Below, piece after piece: positions 36,601 to 51,248 of a stretch of DNA of 64,000 nt. The position numbers were made by a program, and so were the translations under genes. This stretch comes from Lingula anatina (lineage: Eukaryota > Animalia > Brachiopoda): the NCBI GenBank assembly GCA_051362555.1, contig CM120646.1:15810001-15874000 (forward strand), given 5' to 3'. The notes beneath the pieces are model-generated. The model saw only the letters and a list, made by a program, of their open reading frames with translations, did no database searches and had not been told where the DNA came from. How positions within the stretch are numbered: position 1 is the first letter of the stretch; each line of letters opens with the position of its first letter.

Positions 36601-39600
36601 TGATCAATTAGCATACCAGAGTCTCACAAGGTTTAAGAAATACTATAATTATTCAAACGATTATTCTCTTTTAAAACCTGGTTTTATCAATTAAAGAAAG
36701 AAAGAAAAATATGTGTAGCTTCGTTGAGAAACCAGTTTTTTTTTTTTTTTTTTTTTTTTGTGAAATGAAGGTGGTAATTGTTTTTTTTGTTTTTTTTTCT
36801 GAAATAAGGGATCATAATTGACTCCATTAATGGGTTATTTCCTTTTCAACATGTTCTTGCTGATGGGAAGTTTAAGTTAAGCCCATCAACACACCAAGAT
36901 GAGGGTACTCAACGAGGATTTATTTTTTATTGATTCCATGAAGAAGCCATCAGAATAAATCCATACTTGCACAAGGCTTGAATGATTACGCGGCCAATCA
37001 ATTGAGATTTCTTTTCCACAGGGTGTGTATATTCAATAAAGAGTTTGCAGACAAATCTTGACTCAAATCTTTGAATTCTCAGTTGAAATTATGAAGGACT
37101 AAACTGAGAAGCATTAGTGGATTTGAGTGGTAATTCTGGCTCCATTTGAGGACTAAGTCATTTCAGTTGATGGCGTAATTTAGTGATGAAGATGTTATGG
37201 GATAATTTTGATAGATTATTTTGTGATTATACTTGAGTATGGGTACACAAATGTGTTCTCTAGATCATTGGTTTGCATTATGCCTAAAATGGTACCATGA
37301 ACTCCCCATTATTTTACACTAAATAGGCTGTATTTATGAAAAGTTTCTTTTCCCTTCACCATTAAGGGACATAATTTTTTTATGTTATTGGAGACCTGAA
37401 TTAAAGTTGTTTCTGAGTACCTTCACCACTCAAAATGACTCCTTGAACAACAGGAAGCTGATAACCCTTTCCTATAGATTATTCTTTTAGACGTAGATTT
37501 GAGATCAAGCTCCGGTTGATAGCACCCCAGTGAGCAGTGTCAAGCATGACTTGTAGAATGAAATAGCCCAAAGTCAATTAAAGAAAATGAATTGCTGGTG
37601 ATATTGATGATGAAATGGGATTTCTCCGTGAGCAGCCTCGTTGATTAGGTTGGGGTCAGCTGACTGCACGCCTAGTGACGTCTGCACACCCATTGGCTCA
37701 CAATGGAGATGTAAACCTATGATGGAAACACATTGTTAACCCTATCTTAATTTACATAGTATGGGTGTTTCATTGCTATTTTTTGTGCTTTTTTTTTCTG
37801 CCAAATTGAATTATTTTCACTAAACTATTTCTTGACTAATCAATAATTGAGCTTCTTGATTTCCTGTCTTGAGCTAAAATGCATTTATAATTTACCGTGA
37901 GTCGAACTTACCAAGTGGTTTGGGTTTACAAGGAATAGCGTATGCACACCTCGGTTTACGCTGTGCCCACATGTATTGATTCCTATCAAAACTTCAGATG
38001 GCTTATACATAGTCACAGTAGTGCTACACCTACATGCTAATCCTCTAGGTCTACTACTGTTAAACTGGCCTCTGCCAGAACCCACGAGGGCACGTCTTTG
38101 GTGGCAGTTTTATTGACAAATTTGAATATTTCATGAGGGCTTTACATATTAATTTCAGTTGTTGAAAATTGATTTCAAAATAGCTGAATGATGGATCTCT
38201 TGGGTTTTTTTTCATACTCTTGGATTTTATGGTTTATAAATGTAAGTTTTAAAATTAGAATTATTGATTGTTCATATGTCCATGATTTATTTTAAACTGA
38301 TAAATATCAACCTGAGCTTTTTATTTCATTGATTTTCTGTCTTGTTTTTTTTTACTTTTTTTTTTCTCTCTCTCCATTTACCATGGAATTCTTATGCATG
38401 GACAAACTTCAGTTACTAACCATGGAGAAGTGGGTTGGTTCTGTTTCTGTCAATCACTCAGACAGGAGCTAATACTGAGCATAGTTTCAATGTAAGTTGG
38501 TCTGTGCTACAGTGTAGCGGAATAAATAGGGTTTTGTGGTTTGAGGAAAAAAGAAGACGAATGAGTTCTCTCTCATTTTATCTTGGTCAGAGTTTGTTGC
38601 TATTAGGGGGTCAAGGTCAATGTATATCATTGCATTACCATAAAGTGACCAGGAGTCCATTATGTAAGTAGATGAGGAGGACAAAATTGATTAGAGTTGT
38701 AAAGTAGTATGGTTTTCTTCTTTTACTTATTATTTGTATTTTATTTCTTTTTTGGACATAGAAGATAAAAGATAATTAATGTTTTTTATTGATGTTCGAT
38801 TTTATTTGCAGCAGGATTTAATCAGTCTACCTTACTTGTAGAAAAATATGGTTGTATGTATATTTATGAATTCCGTTTTGGTTTATCAGTGAAAATAAAT
38901 TTAGTGACTCACCTTTTTATAAGGCTTTCTCTGTATTAGCTTTCTACATGATTGCAAAATGGAAATTTTGGCTTGTCTGGTAATATTTGCTCAACACTCG
39001 TGTTAGATTAGATTTTTTTTTTAGCCAAAGCTGCCATGCTTGCTTCAAAAATTACTTGGACATAGATGCATACCTTAGTAGATAAAATACAATTTCTTTC
39101 AGAGATAGGTGCATTTCTAGGCATTAGCAGAATTTTTAACAATTGATAAAATATTTCTTTAAGTGTAAATACTTGTTTAAAGGAGTATGTGCACTGTATA
39201 TAATATAGTCAGGTATTTATAGTAGCTCTCTGGCAAAGTTTGCCTTGTATACTATTCAGTTGAGACCTGGATACAATCCTAACATGTTTAGCTGTCAAAC
39301 TTGATTTACAAACCTTATATAGACAGACAATTATACATACAAAAAAAAAAAAGTGAAACATTTATCTTGGATATGCTCACATATGAAATCCAACTGGACT
39401 GATAATAGCACAGAAAAGAAACACTTCGGTCTGTTTACAGTCTAGCAGTAAGTACAGTAAGAACATACTATTTAGTGATATGTATTGTGCCTTGGGTTAT
39501 ATCTTGGGAAGATGCATATTTAGGATATGCGGTTTATTTTAAGATAGATTACATACGTTTACTCTGAGTACAGATTTTTTTTTTAGGTCCTTTTCGCTTT

Positions 39601-41958
39601 CATAAGGAAAACAATCCTCTTTGTCTGTTGCCACCACCATTACAGTACCATCTCCAGTATTTCTCCCCATTAGAGCCTAAGATGACACTCTTAGTTAAAA
39701 TTGTGAAAAAAATGTTTATTGTTTGAGAACTGGCAGGACCATATGTTGCATTTTAATGTTTTCTTCAGAAAAAAAATTCATACAGAGTGTCTAAACTGAA
39801 ATGAGTCCAAGTATGGATAAGTGGTTTAGATCCAGATAAATGGGTGGTTTTTATGGCTCATGCTAAGGTGCAGTCTTTACACAAAGAATGCTTTTTATGT
39901 GGGTGCAGAAAAGGGAAATAAAGCATTTGTATTTTCTGTTTATCATTGTTTTGCAAAAGAAAAAGCTATAATTGGACTAGAATAAAATATGGGGGAGTTA
40001 TTTAAGAATTTTTTAAGGAGAGAGGTGAAGTACTGGCCAGGAAAATAGGACTTACTGTTTACTGTGAGGGCCAGCCAGGTAGCTGCTTTACCTGTGTACT
40101 TAGTCCTAAGTAAGGACAACAGCAAACATACTTTGTATATATAATATACTGTGTGCACACACGCACATACCAGCAGAAGCTTTTAAAACCGACCTAAGTA
40201 ATTCCATCTCTATTGATTTCCACTGGCAGAAACCAGTTTGTTGCACATAATTTGTTTTCACAGGAAATATTGGTCATTTCTCTTTGTGCCTTCATCAAAC
40301 GGTAATCAGCAGTTTCAAATTGCCACACACACAAAGAGTGCGTCAATATCAGCACTGACTGGACAGACAGGCAGACACACAGACAGAAGGTTCTCCTGAC
40401 CACATCTCTATTTTACATTAACCAATGCTGGAAGACGCAGTTGATATCAGCTATCCATCTCAAATAGATATGGCAGTTGGACTACCGTACTCGTACTCTG
40501 ATAGGTTTGTGTACATTTAATTATTTCCTCTCAAGCCATAACCTATTGGCAGCTTGAACCGATGGGGCTCTGTTTAAAAGGTTATGAGACTTTACTTCAG
40601 GGTTATGATGATGGTTTTGTGATAATGGCACAAGGATAGATATCATGGACATTCTGCTCCTGGGATCACTGTAGGATAAATGTTCTGTTAGCCCAATAGC
40701 TGTTAGCATTTGAGCTAGATCTTTATGTTAAGTATTCGGTAAAAATTTACTAGGCAATAGTGAGCTCAGCTTGTAGCTGTAGAATGATTTGTTTCAAACT
40801 GTTTGCAGATTAGCCAACAAATTGGGCCATTTTTAGCTGAGTGGTCAAAAAGAGTTGAGCACAAATGTTTGAATGTCTTGTCCAGTTATAATTTGAATTG
40901 CTAATAAGATTAAGCGTTTTTTATTTGGAGAAAGAAATTTGAACCTGTCAAGGAATTTGAATTAATGTTTCTGCAAAATGCTAAAATTGATTTACCTTGG
41001 CCAAATAAATAATAAGATCTTAATGAATTAAGTGATTAAAAATGATTTTTCATTAATTTTGATTAATGATGACTGTTTTGACTCAAAACTTTAACTGGGA
41101 CAGAATATCCCAGAGATTTGACGGAGTGTAATGTATGCCAAAGCAAACACAGTTATGTTGAATACAGAGTAGAAAATAAGAGCAATTAGTCTTCATTTGT
41201 GCTTGATGACTTCAGCACATTTGTAGGTATTGGTTTTCTGACACATTTATCACAGAATGACGAATCTCGGATGCGATTGTTGGAAATGGGTTGTTCAGTT
41301 TTACAAATTCTTCGTTGTGAAATAAATAAAGAATAATGTGTAATGTGTATCTCCGTGTTCCAGCTATGGTATTTCCGGGGAAATTCTAGTTACCAGGAGA
41401 AAGCACAGTTTTCATAGAAATATTTACCTTGATGCATATTATTCATAGATATGAAGATTAGCATCTAGGCAAAGTTACAGGAACCAAAAGAATGGAAAAT
41501 TGTTGCTTAGAAACATCCACACCAAGGGGCTAGGTCTACGTTAGTTAGCATAGCTTTAGAAACAAGTTCCAGCAAAATCAGCTATTAAGCTGAACCAATG
41601 GCAAATCTCCAGATGATAAATAAAGTCATTTATGATTGTCGTAATTCTTTTAGATAATCAGAGATATAACTTCCAGGCACCTGTTTTAGCTTGATTTTGC
41701 ACCTTATAATGGGTAGTGAAGTGACAACAAAAGTGAGACCATTGTGTCGTAATGTGGAAGGAGGCAGTACTTTGTGGATTTAAGTAAATGAACTAATAAT
41801 GTAGTGGGTTAATGAAGTGGTTTAGGCAGGTAATGAACTGAGTTGTTTTTCTATAGGGGTACAAAGCAAGTTCTGTGTGTATGAATGGGCCTAGTTTGGT
41901 GGGCTTATTTGTATAATATGGGAGGAAATGTCAAAGAAGAGGCAGGGGCAAAATGGAA

Positions 41959-41965
<7 letters not shown>

Positions 41966-42029
<64 letters not shown>
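41966..42029. repeat. (GA)n microsatellite
   Basis: Directly visible. Confidence 0.97.
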
Positions 42030-42033
<4 letters not shown>

Positions 42034-45000
42034 GAATTATTTTACATGTTTGAGATGATAAAATAGAGAAAGAAGAGGAGATTTAATGTTTTTTCCAGAC
42101 CTCATCCACTGATCTAGCTCTAGCTCATTTTGTTTGATTCCCTAATGTAAACAGTCCAGAGGAGGAGATGCTGAAATAATGAATCCTTAAAGATAAGAAG
42201 TGGTCTTAATGCTTTTAAATTGTGTAATTTCCTAGCTTTCCTCTGATTGTTTCTAGACTTGGGTAGGTCTTAATGGGAAACAAAGTGACTTTTTATGACT
42301 ACTTTTTTCTGTGAAGATGTTCTCAGAATCTGTTAAACAAAAAAAAAGGAGATTGAAGTGCACTCAAAAGATGTCTTGGCATTGTTGATTAAGTCTTAAA
42401 CTTAAGAAAAGTCCCAATTTTGTGAAAACTGCTTACCCAAATGAATTCAATTCCAATTGACAGAAGAATGAAGGAGAAAAGCTACTGTGTTCTTGAAGAA
42501 GAAAACATGAAAAAGAATGTGTGAACATTGAATACCTCTTTGAACTTAACAGATTTACAAATCCCACCAAAAGGAATGCAGTAACATTTGGAGTAAGGTT
42601 TCTAGCCATTGATACCTTCACGTGTGACCTTCATGTATGACCAAAAAAAAAAAAAAAAAAAATTATATATATCAGTATGTTTATTTTTTTCCATGTAAAT
42701 CAGTAAGTGGGGGAAAAAACATCCAAAACCTTTTATGAAATCAAGCATTTGTTGAGAAACTTCAGCTGGGCATGAAAAAAGAACTATGTCCTGAAATGAC
42801 ATATTATCACTGCTGTAATAAAATATCAGAAGGAAAAGGTGAAAGTAGTCCACATTAACTGTCCTGGTGCTCTGAGAGATTGGGAGTTAAAGACAGAAGG
42901 GCAGATTTTCAACCTACAGTTATTGACAGTGATGCCACTATATATTAACACCTAGTTATCAGGTCCATGTGATGGGGATTTCAAGTTGTGATGGCAACGA
43001 TCGAAGAAATGAGTTATTTTGGTCCAGGGGGAGTGATTAAACCTCTGCGTACCCTGAAAACAACATATTAACCTGTCTTTTCTTTTTATCACCAATTTGG
43101 AGAGCCTGCTTTTTTTATCAGCGGATAATGTACAGATCCACCAAGCTTATCGGCTCTGTGATGAGTTTTGTATTATGGGATTTTGTTGTTGTAGTATGTT
43201 AGGTACTAGTTAGTATCAGCATGCATTGGAAAGATGGAAAAACAAGATTTTGTAAAGAAGCAGGAATATTTAGGTTTAAGGTAAGGTTTGATGTTATGTC
43301 GGGTGAATAAGTACAGACCATACTACATCATGAAAACTGCCAATGCAGTTTTTCTAATGGAGGAGCTAATGCAGTCTGTCGAAACTTAATTGTTATCCTT
43401 CATAAATTGGTTCAGACCTGGTTGTTGATGAAATAAAATTCATTGCTAACATGCAATCTGGTGTTGAAATCAAATCCGGTACAAGATTTGTGATGGATTA
43501 TGTGCACAGGTATCAATATAATCACAGAAAAGATCCTCTGTCATCATTTGTGCCAAGTGTGAAATTAGATCTGTGTATTTGTGCCATAAAGCATGTGACG
43601 TTTGTGTTAGGTTTGAAATAAGATAGATCCATTTGTGGCATGAAAGGCACGTAAAGGAAAAAAGCCAGTTCTGTTTGGCATGGCATATTTTTATGCTAGT
43701 GAGGAAATCTGAAGAAACAGAAAAGGCATATGCCATGTTTTTTGATGTTACTTAAAAAGACACAAGTTAAAAAGTTGTATTATCTCTGCTGAACAGAACG
43801 GTCTCATTTTACGCCATGTGGGAAATTTGATGAAGCACTCAAACCTTTTACCAGAGAGATCTAATAAAACATTGGTCTTTGGGGTGGTGCATCTTGATAG
43901 TGAGCCATTGCTATCTAGCTGAATCATACAGTCTGAAGTTGAAAGGCTGTTATATAGAACTAGTGAAATGCATTCATTACTCGATCAAATGGAGAAACCA
44001 GTGGGGCTTGAAGAAATCAAAGTTCCCCAAAGCGGTGATAGTGTTGATTTGAGATGTGGTTTTTCATTGGTGAGGCTGCATGAATATTTACATATGTATT
44101 TTCCTAGAGGAGTAAGTTGCATCTGTCAGCTTATTTAAAAGTTAAAGTTAAATATATAATTTTGAGCTTTTTAGGCATTAACTACATCTCCTTTAGAATG
44201 ACCCAATATATGAAGTTAAATTACATTATACAGGCTAATAATAATAAATACTTGAGACAATATTCATTTATAACAATCCAGTCAAATACATATAATAAAA
44301 CATAAATTTTGAAAATATATATCCAAATATAACAGAAGAGTTTGATCATTAAATGATTGCCTAACAGCTTTTTTTTTTTTTTTTTTTGTGAGTCAGGATT
44401 AGGTGCTTTTGTTTGCAAACATTATGGCATGTTTAATATTTGCATGAAAATTTTTTGAACATATGCACGTTTGAAGAAGAGAATAGTGAACAAGATATTT
44501 CTCATAGGAGCACAAAAATTTGCAAAATATCTGGTTTCATGATACAGCTCAGCAGTCTGGCATTGTTTTATATACAGGAAAACCACACTAACAATAACAA
44601 CACTCCATGAGTCAAACTAGCATATTAAATCAGTTGAGTGTTTCGAAAATGAAAATAAGTTTTGATTCAGGCAAAGTGTTAAAGGATGATAATTGCTTTG
44701 TTTGCAAAAAAAGGCTTTGCAGGCAGAGCTGCAGTATTACCCTGCTCTTTTTCACTTATCTTGATAGAAAAAAATATATTGAAAATTCCATGGTTAATGA
44801 TATGACAAAATTTCATTTTGAAATCTTAGAACTGACTGGGCAGTTGCAGCAGCTTTACCCTTTCATTTGTTTTGACTTAAAAAATGATGATATGTAAGTT
44901 GAATAAGAGGAGGGAAAAAGAGAAAAACATGTTAAGTCTGAAGCTGCAATAGTCTATGAAAGCCAATAATTTACAATTTGGACAACCAGTGTGGCAGTAC

Positions 45001-48000
45001 CAATGGGGGTAGGGGAACTCAGAGTTACAGCATTTAAACTGTTATGGAGGGCCATCACTCTTCTGTAAATAGCAGTTTTAATCACATATATCATAATACA
45101 AGACGAAAATAAATCATGCCTTACAACCCTACGTCTGTGTTGACCTTTTCACAAGAAAATTAATGTTCGTGTGTTTCGGGTGGAGAGGAAGAATGTGCTC
45201 CATGAATGAAATGGGGGAAGTTTAACTGCATTGAGATTTATTATCTAATATTGATTCACTTTCTGTTTCAGCTGTGGATAAGCCCTGTTTGAGCTGGTGA
45301 TAGTAGAACCGATTTGATCTGAAGGAGGGGTTACCTGTAAGTTGTGATCTCTCTCTCTCTCTTTTCTTTGGCAGTTCTTTTGTCAGATTACGCAGTTGAA
45401 ATATGAGATTACGAATCGATCAAATGGAAGAGCTTGTAAGTGCTTTTGCTTACCCTCAAAAGAAATTGGATTAATTTCATTATTGTCGCACTCTTGGGTG
45501 TAGATTTTCCGTGGAATTCTTAACAAATTCTTTTATCCTGTAATTGACAGACTCTCTGTCAATTTACCAAAATTGTCCCAGGCACAAAGTGATGGTAAAA
45601 CATGCATTATTTAAGTTAAGCTGCACACTGAGGAAGAAAAATGTGTCGTATTTAAGAGAAAAAATGTCCTGTGATGACAAATATATCCTATGATTGATTA
45701 CACCAAGAAAAATCATCAGCACAGTTGATTTTTAGGAGACATCGGTATATTTTGAACATTTCTTTAATACTAGGTATATGTATACCCAGACATGTATGCA
45801 TTTTGTTATTAGAAAATACCTGTTGATAGAAATCTAGCTGATGTATCACCAAGTTTCAGTGCAAATTACAATATTTAGTGTTTTAATTTTATTTTATATT
45901 TTTTATTTTATTTTGGTTTTTGTTAATTTTTATAAGCTGAAAAAAATTTTTTGTATACAAAAGATTTCCATTAGTTTAGCACAAATTCCTATGAAAATGC
46001 CGTGATATACCAAGTCGATATACTGACCAGAGTGTAAAATATACTGGCCTGCCTGGCTGTTAGGAAGCAGTCCCTTTGTTATATGAGTTGTTGTAGAGCT
46101 TGCAGGGCATTCTTTATCTCAAGCTGAAATGTAAACCCATCCACCTTTATGAAACATTAATTCACTGGTGTAACTACATGGATGATGTACTGTCTTTACA
46201 TAAAAAATCATGTTACTTGATTTACCTATCTTGTATACTGTCATGCAGTTTTACATCCAAGTTCATATCAACTCATTTCTGTTACTTAACCCCATGTGGC
46301 TCTGGTAATAACAGTGTGCATGTAGCTAATCTGAGAGAAGAGAAGAAAAAAAGGGAAAAATTGTGAACTGGGAAATGAAGATTGCAAAAATTGCAGCCAG
46401 TGATCTGAACCCTTAATCATAAACGTGACTGCCTTATTAGAGGCAATCTTGTAGATTTCCTTTGAAAAGTAGATTATATTGTCATTATCATCTATTCAGT
46501 TAATTTCTGGAGATCCTAAGCAAGTCATGTGATATCTCATCGATGAGGACAACATCTCATGGATTGAGCCATGGTGATAAAAGAGAGAAAAAAAAGGCTG
46601 CACTAATTGACCCCCTAGGAGTAAGTATATATCAGAGATAATGAAAACGGCAAGATATGACTCATCAGCCTGATGAAGTGGAGCTGTTTGATGGGTCTCT
46701 TGGCTCATAGAAAGTGAGAAATGGCTGATAAGGCGGAAAAATATGTCTGTACTAGTACTGGGTTTATCTAGATGGTGCCACAGAGATGGCATCTGGCTAG
46801 GTTATCCTTTTAGAATGACTGTAATGTAATGTCATCTTTGGAAGTTTCACTGAGATTTCATTGGACTCAGCAGGACATTGAAGGCGTGTGTCTACCTGGC
46901 TTATTACCACCTATCTCAGAAGACTGATTAGTATTAATGTGATCAAATATAAAATTGAAAGAAAAGAATCTTAATTGGTAACGAGTTGCCCTATATGGTC
47001 CATTAGGACAAGGCCAGTAGTTTGAAACACATTTCTTTTGATATATTGCAGTAAAATTGATGATGTGTGGACACTGAAATAGCACAAAGCTGTTTTCATA
47101 ATGCTGGCATCACGTTGTGCCTAATATTGAGGCTGGGGTTTTATGGAATTTTACCTGGTAACACCGACTCTCCTGGTATGTTCATTAGCACAAAGTCCCC
47201 ATTAATCTGCTCACAGCATAAATTAAAATCTGTTTAAAGGCAGGGGTTGGGATACATGTAACCAAATCTATGTCAGGTATGAAGGTGCAATCATGGCCAT
47301 TGTTAAATTTTGGACACTATTTTTGTAACCTGTGTGTTAGAAATTTTTTTCAGTAGTATTGTCTTTGACCCTCATGGCTTCAAAAATGTTGAAAAACTTG
47401 AAAATGTCTCAGAAAGATATGAAGAAGTTCAATCTACTTTGTAGTGATAGTTTTTATCTGTCAGCTGGCACTTTGCTCTAAAGTTGCAAGTCAAAAAAAA
47501 AAAAGTCTCAGAAAAAATTAGTGCCATGAAATTGCCTAGTTGATGAAAAAGACACTCCACAGGGACGAGACTAGGAAGTTTACTGAATGGGCCAGCTGAT
47601 AGGATCTGACGCACTGGCAATCATGAGGGAAATCACCCTTTTAATTTCTCTACAAGGCACGGCCTCCTGAGTGTGGAGAGCAAGGTGAAGGTCACACCAC
47701 AGACCATGATGCTGGGTAGTGCAATGCTGTTCCATTAAGTTACTCCATTGATAAGCAGGGCACAGAGCTCCCCAGATAAGGCACCGCCAAGTGTAGCACA
47801 TGTAATTGTTTTAATATTTGATGCGGTACACAATATTAATAATCATACCCAGTATTGATTGGCTAGGGGATGATAGCTGTTGGTGGTGGTGTTGGATTGG
47901 AGAGACCAGGGTTTTCACCATTCAGCAGTGCCTAACTCTCCTGGAGTGTGTTTGTCCAGTTATGGATTTTTAGTCCAGTATTTTCTCTGTACAAGGATGA

Positions 48001-51000
48001 AAGAACTCTAAAAGGTGTGACCAATACGGGACAGATGTGTTATTACGACTGGAATTTTCTGTTCAGGGATTTGAAACCCTCAGAGTAGATGTATGGCAAG
48101 GAATGCTTCTTTTGTTATAGTTTGCAAACTGGGAGACAGGAATCAATTGTTAGATCTGTGAAGAAGGAGGGCTGCTCCGTAGTTCCTGACCCTTGGGAGT
48201 TTAACAACAGATGTGAACCTAGGTGAAGTCAATATGGTTCTTTTTTACTTAACAGTAGTTAAATGTGAAGTAAATTACCAAAACATTGGTGAACGTATTT
48301 TGTCAGATATAGGTGCTTTTTTCTTGTGGCAATTTCAGTGACTTTCTCAAAAACGTTCAAGAAAAATCATTTAAATTTTTTACTGTTGATTTATTAGTAT
48401 TTATTAGTATTATGGTTATTTTGTGGTCTGAGAATTTTCTTCAGTTGGGTAAGTCTAAATATTTTCCTGTTGATAATAGTGTCATGGGGATATTTCATGC
48501 TTTAATAGGCTAATAACTTTACAGGAAGGTATCTCTTTTAATATGATTTCCACTTCAAGAGATAGGAGTCATAACAAAAAAAAAAAATAAGCTTTGTGAT
48601 TTACATATACTTTAGCAAAGATGAAAAGACAGTCATTATTTTTTTTTTTTTAGCTTGAGAATGTTAAAAAAGGTTTACATGAGCTTTTGACCTAGAAAAT
48701 TGTGCCCAGAATATATATAATGTAAATAAGGATCACCCAAATTGTCATTGATGTTGCTATCAAGTTTCAATGTAGATCCCAAGATAGAAATGAATTGTAA
48801 AGAGATAAAGAATAGATATTATGGTGTGCAGTGGAATAGAATGGGATAAACCATGCATGTACCCAGCGTTGCAGAGTGGATAAGGCATTCATAGCTGTAA
48901 GCTCACTGATTGAAAAAGAGTTGTACCAGGCAGGTCATATTAGATAGATATAAAAATTACCCGGAGCATTATTAGTTTACATGTCTGAGAGTGTGAAAAT
49001 GTTCCCTTATATTTATTATTATTTGGTTATTCCTGGTCTTTGGCAGTGGTGTCTCCCAAAGGTAACTTTCGGATTTTTTCTTGTCATAATTACGGGCAGT
49101 GTTGTTATTGTAAGGTTAATCACAGGATCTGTAGTGAAGGGCAGAATAATGTTTCACCTGGAAATACCTGGAATCAGTATAGTGAATAAAATGTGTGAAT
49201 GGATTTGGCAGGGAGAAAAACTGGTTCAATGTCTTTCATTTTTTATATGACCATATTAGAATTTTTTAGCCTGTTTGGAATCAATTAACTATGCTGGGTT
49301 GAGTCCAACATTAACTGGAGTGGATACACTTTATGCATTGGTCAGCAGTCACCTGGTTGTAATTTTCAAGGTGATCAGAATTAACTATGATTCTTGTCGG
49401 AGATATTTTGCTGAAATAATTTCAATTTTTTTCTTGCAATGCATTGACTTTCATGCCTTCTAAAGACATTGAAACATATCATTGTGTTTTAGGTCTTGGC
49501 ATTATTTGCTTATATACAAACTCCTAGTGAAATATGAAGGGGGTGAAAATAGAAACAAAACAGCACTTTGTAACCTCCACTTGATACACTGGCACAGCAA
49601 TCAGATGGGAGCTGCCTGTATCCCAGTGCCTGTGTCTGGTTTTGGAAGTGAGGATTTCTGTTTGTGGACTGACTATTCAGAGTTTCCCCCCCCCCCTCTT
49701 CCCCCAAAAAAGTATAATAATAATAAAAGTAAGAAAGGAAAAAGAGGAATCCAAACTTCTTTGATTGGAATTGTGTAAATTATTTCAAAGGGGGGAGGAG
49801 GGGCAGATTGAATTGAATGTGTGACACGCGCTAAATTTTAGCAAGATGAAGTTGTACTGATTTGTACAAGAAAGCAGAGACTTGGGCCTGTGTGCTATCG
49901 CTGACTCAGCAGTGTGAAAAATAATATCTCGGTCTTACTGAATGCACCAAACTAGTCAATGAACATACTGCCTGATGAAGCACTCCTATGTTTTTGCTCT
50001 TTCCTGTCTTGGGAAAACTGAAAAGTTAAATGAGGGATTGAATTATGACAATCTGTTACTGAAAGTTTTGGTCCGATATTTTCACAGGCTCGTCAATAAA
50101 ATGTCTTCTCTTTGGTAATAATTGGGAGGAAAAGCTGAAAGAAATGATGTGTCTATGTTATGTGTGTGTGATTTTGTTTGGGTTTGATTACAATAGGGAA
50201 GATTCAGTCGGTAATAGATTTCATGGTTGATATCCTGCTGTTTGTAGTGTTGGTTTTGTTAACGAGAATAGTCAGCATTATGTGACCAACTGCAGTATGT
50301 AATTACTCAGTAATTTCGAACAACATGAATAAATATTTTTCACCTGAAAATATGGTTATTTAAATATTTAAGAATGTTGATTTAAAAGTTTTGAATTATT
50401 ATTAAGCTCCATGTCAGACAGCTTACTGTAGTGACTGGCTAAAATTCAATTTTGAAAAAGCTTAATACAAGGAAAAGTTAGGGGTTTGAAAAATTGAAGT
50501 AATTACTGTAGTTTTTTCCTGCTAATATGCTTGAAGCAGCATTATTATACAGCCTGCGTGCTGTGTCGGAGAACGCCTGCTCTAAAGAAACCTGTCTTGC
50601 ATCACAAGGCTGGTATCATTACCTTATTGCGACTTTCGCATGGATGATTTTATTTTTGGGTGCGTAGATCTGCTCTTTGGGTTCAGATTGGCAGGACTTT
50701 TACCAGTTTATTTTAAGATATCATTATGTTCTATTATCATGTAATAATGTATGTGATAATATGTTATTATATGGTGTTTATATAAGTGTAGAAAAAAGGT
50801 TATCAAATATGGGGATAATTGATTTGATGTCACTGTTTTTGATGTTACAGATATTTTAATTATCCTATTATTTGTAAGTTTTATTTGTTGTACTAAAAAT
50901 GATTTGGTTATTTCAAATCCAACTTAATGTGTTTTGTAAATGTTGCACAATTATGTAGACTTGATCAGGGAAGAATATCTGACATTTTTATGAAGGCCTG

Positions 51001-51213
51001 AATGCTTGTTCACTGAATGCTTGTTAATTTATATTATTACATGGTTATCATCTTCAAATACCAAAAGTTAATTAGGACAAATGAACCCATGAAAGTAATT
51101 AACTGTCTCATAAAGTGGATAATATAGTATGTAACTTGGTGGTAGCAGTATTATGGAGAGCTGTTAGCCGAGACTGTTTTGACAAACCTTGTTTGCTGTG
51201 CTCTTCCTTTAGA

Positions 51214-51215
<2 letters not shown>

Positions 51216-51246
<31 letters not shown>
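51216..51246. repeat. (CT)n microsatellite
   Basis: Directly visible. Confidence 0.95.
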
Positions 51247-51248
<2 letters not shown>

